Shown: in pieces, positions 36,476-44,872 of the stretch
Numbering within the stretch: position 1 is the first letter of the stretch
Layout of the letters: each line of letters starts with the position of its first letter
Assembly: GCA_017441845.1 (NCBI GenBank)
Contig: JAFRVB010000008.1
Location: 110,143-174,142, forward strand
Direction of reading: 5' to 3'
DNA from: Bacilli bacterium
GTDB lineage: Bacteria; Bacillota_I; Bacilli_A; RF39; UBA660
DNA: 64,000 bases
Made by a program: the position numbers and the translations under genes
Notes under the pieces: model-generated
Told to the model about the DNA's origin: nothing
The model's input: the letters and a program-made list of their open reading frames with translations, nothing else
Database searches by the model: none

Positions 36476-37211
36476 AATATAATCCTTTCTGATATAGTTT
36501 ATTCTTAATAACATATTCTAATTCTTTATCTTTATATTTCTTACTATATCTTTTATATAACTTATCATATTCTTTCTTTACTATATCTTTATCAACACTA
36601 ATAGTAGTTTTATCTAATACATCATTAATTAAAGATATATCATATCCTAGATTAATAATATTATTTTTAATTTTATTTTTTAAAACAATACCACCAGTAC
36701 TCTTATTACTTTTAATCATCTTATCAACTAATTTTTCTATTCTTATTAATTCTTCTTCAGAAGAAAATACTTCTAAATTATTATTAATTATCTCTTCATC
36801 TACTTTATGTTTTAATAATTCTCCTCTTATCTTATATGGTCCCCAATTGGTAGTAATCATCTTATCGTTGATAAAACTATAAGCATAACTATCATCATTT
36901 AAATAACCTTGTTTTTCTAATAAACTAATAACATCAATAACATACTTATTATCATATTCTTTATTTAATAACAATTTTTTCATATCATATTTAGATTTAG
37001 ATCTACTATTAATACTTTTTAAAGCATAATAGTAACACTCATAATACTCATTATCTTTTTTTATCTTTTTAAGTAATTTATCATCAATACTTTTTTTAAT
37101 TAATAATTCATATTTTAATATGATATCTTCATATAAAGTTAATTCTATATTGTTATCTAAAATAACTTTATATCTGTTATCTCTTAGTTTTTTATACTTA
37201 ATTATATTCAT
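36465..37211 (-). CDS. recX: RecX-like regulatory protein
   Basis: 'MNIIKYKKLRDNRYKVILDN...' N-terminus and repeated three-helix RecX-type units ('ALKSINSRSKSKYDMKKLL', 'VISLLEKQGYLNDDSYAYSFI'). GGAGTGG RBS. Confidence 0.65.
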   Translation of the reverse strand: MNIIKYKKLRDNRYKVILDNNIELTLYEDIILKYELLIKKSIDDKLLKKIKKDNEYYECYYYALKSINSRSKSKYDMKKLLLNKEYDNKYVIDVISLLEKQGYLNDDSYAYSFINDKMITTNWGPYKIRGELLKHKVDEEIINNNLEVFSSEEELIRIEKLVDKMIKSNKSTGGIVLKNKIKNNIINLGYDISLINDVLDKTTISVDKDIVKKEYDKLYKRYSKKYKDKELEYVIKNKLYQKGLYYEE

Positions 37212-37258
37212 AGAACCACTCCAATTAAAGTATAACATAAAAAAAAGAAATTAATATC

Positions 37259-37459
37259 TTAACTTCTTTTAACTTCAATCATACCAGCACTAACTTCTTC
37301 TAAAGCTCTACCAATATTCTTCTTACTCTTATATTTATCCTCAGGCATTTGTAGAAAGCCAGTTTGAGATATTTCTTTACTCCTACGAGCCGCAATTAAA
37401 ACTAACTCATATTTTGAATTAATAACATTTAATAGTTTATCTATAGATGGAAATATCAT
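37259..37459 (-). CDS. rpoZ: RNA polymerase omega subunit
   Basis: 'PSIDKLLNVINSKYELVLIAARRSKEI', 66 aa. Confidence 0.85.
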   Translation of the reverse strand: MIFPSIDKLLNVINSKYELVLIAARRSKEISQTGFLQMPEDKYKSKKNIGRALEEVSAGMIEVKRS

Positions 37460-37480
37460 AATATCACACTCCCTACCTTA

Positions 37481-37509
37481 AGAATAAATGTTAAAAATTG
37501 TATAGTCAA
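37481..37509 (-). promoter_or_regulatory. Candidate sigma-A promoter for rpoZ
   Basis: The minus strand reads TTGACT-17 nt-TATTCT, about 20 nt upstream of the rpoZ RBS. Confidence 0.4.
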
Positions 37510-37554
37510 CAGATTAGACAAATCTTTACAAAAATAATTTACAATTAAATATAC

Positions 37555-37580
37555 AAAAAAGAACTAATATAGTTCTTTTT
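37555..37580 (-). terminator. Rho-independent terminator after ffh
   Basis: aaaaagaact-aatat-agttcttttt hairpin overlapping the ffh stop. Confidence 0.6.
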
Positions 37581-38886
37581 AAAAAGGCATCTTCAAGTTT
37601 CCATTTCTAAACTGTTTTAACATCTTTTTCATTTGTTCAAATTGTTCTAATAACTTATTTACTTCTTGTACAGAAGTACCGCTACCTTTAGCTATTCTAG
37701 TTTTGCGAGAAGCTTTAATAATATTAGGATTTCTTCTCTCTTTAGGTGTCATAGATAAAACAATTGCTTCTATTCTAGCTATTTGTTTAGGATCAACTTT
37801 AATCTTATCTAAACCAGCTTTCTTAGCTCCAGGCATTAATTTTAATAGGTTTTCAAGTGGACCTAGTTTTCTCATTTGTTTCATACTAGATAAGAAGTCC
37901 TCTAAATCAAACTTACCTTCTTGCATTCTCTTAGCAGTCTTTTCAGCTTCCTCTTCATCTATAGCTTCTTGAGCTTTTTCAACTAATGAGATAACATCTC
38001 CCATACCTAGAATTCTACCAGCCATTCTTTCAGGATCAAATGAATCTAATCCATCCATTTTCTCACTAACACCGATGAATTTAATAGGTACATTAGTTAA
38101 ATGTCTAACAGATAAAGCAACTCCACCTCTAGTATCTCCATCTAATTTAGTTAAAATAACTCCAGTTAAGTTTAATTTATCATTAAATCCATTAATAACA
38201 TTAATAGCATCTTGTCCCATCATAGAGTCTATTACTAATAAAGTTTCATCAATCTTAACAGCGTTAGATATATTTTCTAACTCATTCATTAATTCTTCAT
38301 CTATTTGAAGTCGACCAGCAGTATCTATTAATACATAATCATGTTTATTTTCTTTAGCAAACTCCAAAGCATTTTTAACTATCTCAACAGGATCTTTTTT
38401 ACCTTCATCATATACAGCTATATTAAGTTCTTTACCAAGTTGTTTTAATTGATCAATAGCAGCTGGTCTATATACATCTCCAGCTACCATTAAAGGATTC
38501 TTTTTCTCTTTTTTTCTTAAATAATTAGCTAATTTCGCAATAGTAGTAGTTTTACCAGATCCTTGAAGACCAACTAACATTAAAACAGATGGTTTACCAC
38601 TTACATATAAAGGAGATGCTTCTCCTCCAAGTAATTCAACTAATTCATCTTTAACTATCTTAACGAACATATCTCCAGGATTAATACTTTTCTTAACTTC
38701 AGTACCTAGAGCTTTCTCTTTAACATTATTAGTAAATTCTTTTACTACTTTATAGTTAACATCAGCTTCTAATAAAGCTAATCTAATCTCCCTCATCATG
38801 GAATCAATATTATCTTCAGTAATCATTCCATAACCTTTAATTTTATTAATCGCGTTTTGTAATCTATCTCCTAAATCTTCAAACAT
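37579..38886 (-). CDS. ffh: Signal recognition particle protein Ffh
   Basis: 'MFEDLGDRLQNAINKIKG', 'GLQGSGKTTT', 'DTAGRL', 'TKLDGDTRGG' and a Met-rich M domain. The start at 38886 lies 6 nt after AGGTG. Confidence 0.95.
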   Translation of the reverse strand: MFEDLGDRLQNAINKIKGYGMITEDNIDSMMREIRLALLEADVNYKVVKEFTNNVKEKALGTEVKKSINPGDMFVKIVKDELVELLGGEASPLYVSGKPSVLMLVGLQGSGKTTTIAKLANYLRKKEKKNPLMVAGDVYRPAAIDQLKQLGKELNIAVYDEGKKDPVEIVKNALEFAKENKHDYVLIDTAGRLQIDEELMNELENISNAVKIDETLLVIDSMMGQDAINVINGFNDKLNLTGVILTKLDGDTRGGVALSVRHLTNVPIKFIGVSEKMDGLDSFDPERMAGRILGMGDVISLVEKAQEAIDEEEAEKTAKRMQEGKFDLEDFLSSMKQMRKLGPLENLLKLMPGAKKAGLDKIKVDPKQIARIEAIVLSMTPKERRNPNIIKASRKTRIAKGSGTSVQEVNKLLEQFEQMKKMLKQFRNGNLKMPF

Positions 38887-38948
38887 TGTCATCACCTACT
38901 ACATATTATACAAGATATTACAAAGAAAAAATAGTCTTACGACTATTT

Positions 38949-41231
38949 TTAACTAAAATCTTCCGGATCAGATGAATCATCATCATCATCTAATTTTAAT
39001 TCATCGATTCCTTTATCTTCACTACTTTCAGTAAAAGCAGTATTATCAATTAACTCAGGTACAGCGAAACCATCTGATTCTTTTTCTTCTTCTATAACTG
39101 GTTCAGAGATTGCACTTTCCTCTTGAACTAATTCAGGTTCTTCTGTTTTAGCATTATTATCTAATACATCAACAAGTGGTTTACCTTCATCAGTCTTAGG
39201 AATATCCGGTCCTTTATCTTCATCAACAATACCTACTAAAGGTACTCCTGTATCAGTTTTAGGAACATCTTCCTCAACTGGTTTAGAACTCATTAATTCA
39301 GCAATATCATTATCAAATGATCCCGACTCAGTAGGTTTAGCTTCTTGAGACACTTCTTTAATACCTTCAGTTCCCATGTCAGCTTTCATAGCTTCATTAA
39401 TTGAACTAACATTTTGAACAACATTCAAACTATCATCATTAGGAGCAGTTCTAGTATTATCAACACCCTTACTATGACCATTCCAAATCTGAACAACATC
39501 AGCATTTCCACTCCAAGGAGCTGGATCAGGCATTTCCATTCTAATGATTAAAGGTATTCTAAATCCTAAACCGAATCCTAAACAAGTACCAGCTTGTAAT
39601 GTTTTCTGTTTCTCAACAATTTCTTCACTAATATTAGGAACCATCTTTCTAATATATTCAACGTCTACTGGGTGGTTCATCTTAAATATTAAGAAATTAG
39701 TACATTGAGAAATAACAGTATCAGATAATTCAACAGGTCTTTGTGTAATAAGTCCTAGAATAACACCATATTTACGACCCTCTTTAGCAATTCTTTCAAA
39801 GATATTATATCCAATCAAGAATCTATCTGTATCATTTTGAATATATCTATGTGCTTCTTCACAAACTATATGGAAAGGTATACTACCTCTATTTTTTAAT
39901 CCTTTAGCAAATTCAAATACTAATCTAGAGAATATTTTAACTATAACTTTAGCAAAATCATCATCTACATCATCTAAATTAATATTAATAATTTGATACT
40001 TTCTTCCACTATCTAATATTAATCCACTTAAGAATTCTTCTAAAGAAATATAATTATCTACATCAAAGTATTTAGCATTATCTCCAACTATTAAAGCATG
40101 TAATCTAACTCTTATAGTAACCGCATCACCATAAGTATTAGTATTTCTTAACCAACCTTCACTAATCAAAGTAAAGTTTAATGCTTTCTCTAAAGTATCT
40201 AAATTATAATAAACTCCACCCTTAGGTTCATAACTATCAAATTTCTCATCTATAAATGAAGTAACATATTCAGTTAATAATACACTTTCACTAAATTGTC
40301 CTTCTGAATCTATTAAGAAACATTCTCTAAATTTTCTAGTATATCCAATACCTTGTACTGGAGCTTCTAAATTAAATTGAGCTGTAGAACAACTAGCTAA
40401 AATAGAGAAAATCTCATTTCTTTTATTAGGACTAGTCTCATTTGTATATAAAATAGTCATAATAGCTTTAGCAATCAAATGATTTTTATAAGCATTCGCA
40501 TCAACATCATCTTGTGAAAAGATTAATGCTAACTTCAACATTCTTTCAATAATAGGTAATTGAGAATGTGAATCACATTGTAGTAATAAAGCTAAATCTT
40601 GTACATTTAATAAATATATAGGTAATCTTAATTTCTCTCCTAACCCTTCTGCTTCATTAGTAGATATAAATCTATAATGATAATTAGGATTAATAGTATT
40701 TAAATTACTAAAAGCATTATAATACTCACCTGAAGAATCAAATAACAAGATATTTGCTTTATAAGGGTATAATCTCTCATCATGAAACATATTTTGGAAT
40801 AATCTAGTAACACCACAAGATTTACCTGATCCAGTATTACCCATTATCGCAAAGTGATTACTAAAGAAATTATTAACGTCTAAGTATATAGGGAATCCAT
40901 CATAGAAAGGACTAGTACCAAGATTCATGAACCCTTCTGTATCAGTACCACAAATCATTGGAATTTCACTCTCTTCAACAACTCTAACTTTCGCATCAAT
41001 CTTAGGTTTTCTTAAAGTTCCAGGTATAACTTTATTATCAACTATTTCACCCAAAAATCTGGCCTTAACTAATTCTCCATCAAGGTCATCAACTTCTCCT
41101 AATACTTTTTTAGTGTCGTCTTCAAATATAAGATGCAAGTTCATTAAATTCATACTGATATTTTCAGCATCTTTTAACTTAATATTACACCCCTTATCGC
41201 TAATATAAACAATTTTATCAAACATAGACAT
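38949..41231 (-). CDS. HerA/DUF87-type (FtsK-HerA superfamily) ATPase with ~170-aa acidic disordered C-terminal tail
   Basis: N-terminal HAS-barrel-like region, Walker A 'FAIMGNTGSGKS', Walker B/'FHIVCEEAHRYI', 'RKYGVILGLITQRPVELSDTVISQCTNFLIFKMN'. The tail has a duplicated 'PKTD(T/E)G(V/K)PLV' motif and a terminal poly-Asp. Confidence 0.75.
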   Translation of the reverse strand: MSMFDKIVYISDKGCNIKLKDAENISMNLMNLHLIFEDDTKKVLGEVDDLDGELVKARFLGEIVDNKVIPGTLRKPKIDAKVRVVEESEIPMICGTDTEGFMNLGTSPFYDGFPIYLDVNNFFSNHFAIMGNTGSGKSCGVTRLFQNMFHDERLYPYKANILLFDSSGEYYNAFSNLNTINPNYHYRFISTNEAEGLGEKLRLPIYLLNVQDLALLLQCDSHSQLPIIERMLKLALIFSQDDVDANAYKNHLIAKAIMTILYTNETSPNKRNEIFSILASCSTAQFNLEAPVQGIGYTRKFRECFLIDSEGQFSESVLLTEYVTSFIDEKFDSYEPKGGVYYNLDTLEKALNFTLISEGWLRNTNTYGDAVTIRVRLHALIVGDNAKYFDVDNYISLEEFLSGLILDSGRKYQIININLDDVDDDFAKVIVKIFSRLVFEFAKGLKNRGSIPFHIVCEEAHRYIQNDTDRFLIGYNIFERIAKEGRKYGVILGLITQRPVELSDTVISQCTNFLIFKMNHPVDVEYIRKMVPNISEEIVEKQKTLQAGTCLGFGLGFRIPLIIRMEMPDPAPWSGNADVVQIWNGHSKGVDNTRTAPNDDSLNVVQNVSSINEAMKADMGTEGIKEVSQEAKPTESGSFDNDIAELMSSKPVEEDVPKTDTGVPLVGIVDEDKGPDIPKTDEGKPLVDVLDNNAKTEEPELVQEESAISEPVIEEEKESDGFAVPELIDNTAFTESSEDKGIDELKLDDDDDSSDPEDFS

Positions 41232-41294
41232 CCCCTCTATTTACCCTATATAAATTATATCTAAAAAAAAAGAAATATACAAGCAATATTTCTT

Positions 41295-41606
41295 TTAATT
41301 CTTAAATGTATTATTCAACATCTCTTTCAATTCTTCTTTTAATTTTTTATCATCAATTTTATCTATTCCATTTTCTATTTTCTTTAAATTATCATATATA
41401 TGTAATTTACTTTCTAATTCTTCTAATTTATCAGTACCCATTTTTAATTGTTTAAATACAGCATTTCTACTAACAGAATACTTTTCTCCTATTTCACCAT
41501 AACTAAGATTATCAAAGTAATAATCTTTAAAATAATCTTTTTGCTTATCTGTTAATAATTCTCCATAAATATCAAATAAATCATTATAATAAAATACCTC
41601 ATTCAT
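41295..41606 (-). CDS. ylxM: YlxM/UPF0122 putative DNA-binding protein of the SRP operon
   Basis: 'LFDIYGELLTDKQKDYFKDYYFDNLSYGEIGEKYSVSRNAV' (sigma-70 region-4-like HTH). Confidence 0.85.
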   Translation of the reverse strand: MNEVFYYNDLFDIYGELLTDKQKDYFKDYYFDNLSYGEIGEKYSVSRNAVFKQLKMGTDKLEELESKLHIYDNLKKIENGIDKIDDKKLKEELKEMLNNTFKN

Positions 41607-41615
41607 AATAAACTC

Positions 41616-41846
41616 CTATAATAATATAACAAATATAATTAAAAATAATAATCCAAATACAAAGTATGTAATAGCCCAACCCATCTTTTTCTTATTATAA
41701 CTATTAATAAACATTTCAAAGAAAGATAAAGCTAAAAAGAATATAAATAAGTATTTAAACCAATTATTAAAGAAATAAAGTATTCCAAAAATAATTGTTA
41801 AAAATATTATTGATACTTGAAAATAAGCCCAAATTCTTTTAAACAT
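41616..41846 (-). CDS. Small two/three-TM membrane protein (unknown)
   Basis: 76 aa and hydrophobic, abutting the ftsY stop (41847). Confidence 0.4.
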   Translation of the reverse strand: MFKRIWAYFQVSIIFLTIIFGILYFFNNWFKYLFIFFLALSFFEMFINSYNKKKMGWAITYFVFGLLFLIIFVILL

Positions 41847-43061
41847 CTACATCATATCCTTAAATAATCCATAAATATATTTCTCAATATCAAAACTAAC
41901 TAAGTCTTCCATTCGCTCACCTAGTCCGATAAACTTAACTGGTATTCCTACTTCTTCTTTAATAGCTAATACTATTCCACCTTTAGCAGTACCATCCATC
42001 TTAGTCAAAACTATACCAGTAATATTAGTAATCTCCTTAAAAGCTTTAGCCTGATTAATACCATTTTGACCGGTACCCGCATCAATAACCAACAGAGTCT
42101 CCGAGCACCCGCCCTCTACTAGTTTAGATACAACATTATTCATCTTTTCTAACTCATTCATCAAGTTAACTTTATTTTGTAAACGACCTGCCGTATCAAC
42201 AAGTACCACATCACAACCAATTTCTTTAGCCTTTTCTATACCATCATATAAAACAGATGAAGGATCAGTATTTTCTTCTTTTCCATAGAACTCAACACCT
42301 GCTCTATCAGCCCATTCATGAAGTTGTTCTATGGCTCCAGCTCTAAAGGTATCTCCGGCTACCATCATAACTTTTTTACCTTCAGATTTTAACTTATTTG
42401 CTATTTTCGCAATAGTAGTAGTCTTACCTACTCCATTAACACCAACAAATAAGATGACACTGATATCCTCTTCATTAAAATTAATTTTATTAGTTAAAAT
42501 CTCATCATTAACATAAATAATAAATAATTCATCAACAATTATCTCTTTTAATTCAGATGGATCATCTAAATGTTCTTTTCTGACTCTATCTCTAAGTCTA
42601 TCAATAAAATCCATAACAGTATTAACACCAATATCTGCCATGATTAATATTTCTTCTAATTCCTCAAAGTATTCATCTGTTACTTTTTTATATTTATTAG
42701 TTAAATTAGCTAATTTAGATACAAAACCTTCTCTAGATTTAGATAATCCCTTTTCATATATCTTAATATCTTTCTTCTTATCTTCTTTTTTCTTTTCTTT
42801 TTTTACTTTTTTCTTCTCAACAGGTTTCTCTTCAACAACTTCTTCAATAACAGGTTCTGGCTTTTCTTCAGTTTTTTCTTCTACTTCAGGTTCCTCTTCT
42901 ACTTCTTCCTCTGAAGTTTCTTCTGCTTCAGTCTCTTCTTCAACTATCCCCTCAGGTTCTTCCTCTGAAACTTCATCATCTTCTTGAACTTCTTCTTCAA
43001 TGATTTCTTCTTCATCTTCAGAAGATTTAAACATTTCTTTTATTTTGCTAAATAATCCCAT
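41847..43061 (-). CDS. ftsY: SRP receptor FtsY
   Basis: Acidic Glu-rich N-domain, 'GVNGVGKTTT', 'DTAGRLQ', 'TKMDGTAKGG'. The start at 43061 lies 6 nt after AGGTG. Confidence 0.93.
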   Translation of the reverse strand: MGLFSKIKEMFKSSEDEEEIIEEEVQEDDEVSEEEPEGIVEEETEAEETSEEEVEEEPEVEEKTEEKPEPVIEEVVEEKPVEKKKVKKEKKKEDKKKDIKIYEKGLSKSREGFVSKLANLTNKYKKVTDEYFEELEEILIMADIGVNTVMDFIDRLRDRVRKEHLDDPSELKEIIVDELFIIYVNDEILTNKINFNEEDISVILFVGVNGVGKTTTIAKIANKLKSEGKKVMMVAGDTFRAGAIEQLHEWADRAGVEFYGKEENTDPSSVLYDGIEKAKEIGCDVVLVDTAGRLQNKVNLMNELEKMNNVVSKLVEGGCSETLLVIDAGTGQNGINQAKAFKEITNITGIVLTKMDGTAKGGIVLAIKEEVGIPVKFIGLGERMEDLVSFDIEKYIYGLFKDMM

Positions 43062-43181
43062 TGTCATCACCTGCCTTTATTATAACATATCAATATAAAA
43101 TATCTCTCAAATAATTTACAAATCATGAAAAATATAGTATAATTTCATAGTTAGTTCTTACGTTAAAAGAAAGGAGAAAAC

Positions 43182-44852
43182 ATGAAAGAAAACACTGAAA
43201 CAAAAGTAATTGTTTTAGGTGGTTTGGGAGAAATTGGTAAGAATATGTATTGTGTAATGCATAATGATGCCATTGTTATTATTGATGCCGGAGTAAGTTT
43301 TCCTGAAAATGATTTAATGGGAGTAGACTATGTTCTACCTGATTTTACGTTCTTAAAGGAAAATGAAGATAAAATTCAAGCTTTATTAATTACCCATGGA
43401 CATGAAGATCATATAGGTAGTATTCCATTTTTGATTCAACAAGTGAATATACCTGCGATTTATGCTCCTAATCACGCTAAACAATTAATAGCTAAAAAAC
43501 TAGAAGATAGAAATTTAAGATTTGATAATTTATTTGTTTATGACGAAAAAACTAGATTGAAATTCAAAGATATAGAAGTAGAATTCTTTGTAATGACTCA
43601 CTCTATACCAGATTCTCATGGTATAAGTTTAAAAACACCAGATGGAAGAATTATAACTACAGGAGATTATAAATTTGATTTAACTCCTATAGGTCCAATG
43701 TCTAATCTACATAAGATGACTACTCTAGGAGAAGATGGAGTAGATTTACTTATATCTGATTCCACTAATGCTTTAAATGAAGGTTTTTCTTCATCTGAAT
43801 CAGTAGTAGATGAAACTTTAGGAGAAATGTTTGATAGATTTAGTGAAAATAGAATAATTATCGCAACATTTGCTTCAAACATTTATAGAATTAAACATAT
43901 CTTTGAAACATGTTATAAACATAATAGAAAAATATGTATCTTTGGTAGAAGTATGGAAAATAATATTTCCATATCTATAGATGGAGGATATATTGATCAT
44001 AAAGAGATATTAATAACTCCAGAAGAAGCAAAGAATTTAAGACCAAAAGAAGTAGCTATTCTTTGTACAGGTACTCAAGGAGAACCTTTAGCCGCACTTT
44101 CTAGAATGTCTTCTGGTACACATAAACAAATTAAGTTAATACCAGATGATATAGTAATATTCTCATCAAGTGCGATACCTGGAAATGTATTAAGTATATC
44201 TAGAACTATTAATCAACTATATCTACAAGGAGTAAAAGTTTATACTTCTTCATCTCTAGTAGATCTACATACTTCAGGGCACGCTAACGAAGAAGAAATT
44301 AAATTATTATTTAGATTATTAAAACCTAAATACTTAATGCCATTCCATGGAGAATATAGAATGTTAAAAAAACAAGCTAATATCGGAATAGCTTGTGATA
44401 TACCAAAAGAGAACACCTTTATCTTAAGCAATGGTGACTCACTAATATTAAAAGACCATGTTGTAACAAAAGGGCCTGAATATCCAGGACAAGATATCTA
44501 TGTAGACGGATCACGTGTAGGACAAATTGGTGGAGCTGTTTTAAAAGATAGAAAAATAATGGCTAGTGATGGAATCTTAGTAGTAATAATTAATCTTAAT
44601 ATGAAAGAAAGAAAATTATTAATTAAACCTAATATTACTACTAGAGGATTCATACTTGTTAATGAAAACGAAGAACTAATTAAAAAGATAGAAAATAAAG
44701 CAGAACAAGTAATAAATGAATCGCTACAAGATCCAAAAACTAACTTTATTACATTAAAAGGTAATCTAACAGAAGCTCTATATCCATTTATAAATAATTT
44801 AACAGGTAGAAAACCAATAATCCTACCAATAATACAAGATATAAAGAAGTAG
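43182..44852 (+). CDS. rnj: Ribonuclease J (beta-CASP metallo-beta-lactamase)
   Basis: 'VLGGLGEIGKNMY', 'THGHEDHIG', 'HTSGHA', 556 aa, GAAAGGAG RBS. Confidence 0.92.
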   Translation: MKENTETKVIVLGGLGEIGKNMYCVMHNDAIVIIDAGVSFPENDLMGVDYVLPDFTFLKENEDKIQALLITHGHEDHIGSIPFLIQQVNIPAIYAPNHAKQLIAKKLEDRNLRFDNLFVYDEKTRLKFKDIEVEFFVMTHSIPDSHGISLKTPDGRIITTGDYKFDLTPIGPMSNLHKMTTLGEDGVDLLISDSTNALNEGFSSSESVVDETLGEMFDRFSENRIIIATFASNIYRIKHIFETCYKHNRKICIFGRSMENNISISIDGGYIDHKEILITPEEAKNLRPKEVAILCTGTQGEPLAALSRMSSGTHKQIKLIPDDIVIFSSSAIPGNVLSISRTINQLYLQGVKVYTSSSLVDLHTSGHANEEEIKLLFRLLKPKYLMPFHGEYRMLKKQANIGIACDIPKENTFILSNGDSLILKDHVVTKGPEYPGQDIYVDGSRVGQIGGAVLKDRKIMASDGILVVIINLNMKERKLLIKPNITTRGFILVNENEELIKKIENKAEQVINESLQDPKTNFITLKGNLTEALYPFINNLTGRKPIILPIIQDIKK

Positions 44853-44872
44853 TAAAAACTACTTCTTTTTTT
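44845..44872. terminator. Bidirectional terminator between convergent rnj and the LRR gene
   Basis: agaagtagt-aaaa-actacttct hairpin flanked by A-run/T-run. Confidence 0.6.

Noticed and set aside
38949-41231. Calling the HerA-like ATPase a known anti-phage system (SIR2-HerA, DUF4297-HerA) or a HerA-NurA repair pair.
   Set aside because: No SIR2, DUF4297 or NurA-like ORF is adjacent. The neighbours are ylxM and ffh. It is kept as an open finding rather than assigned to a known system.
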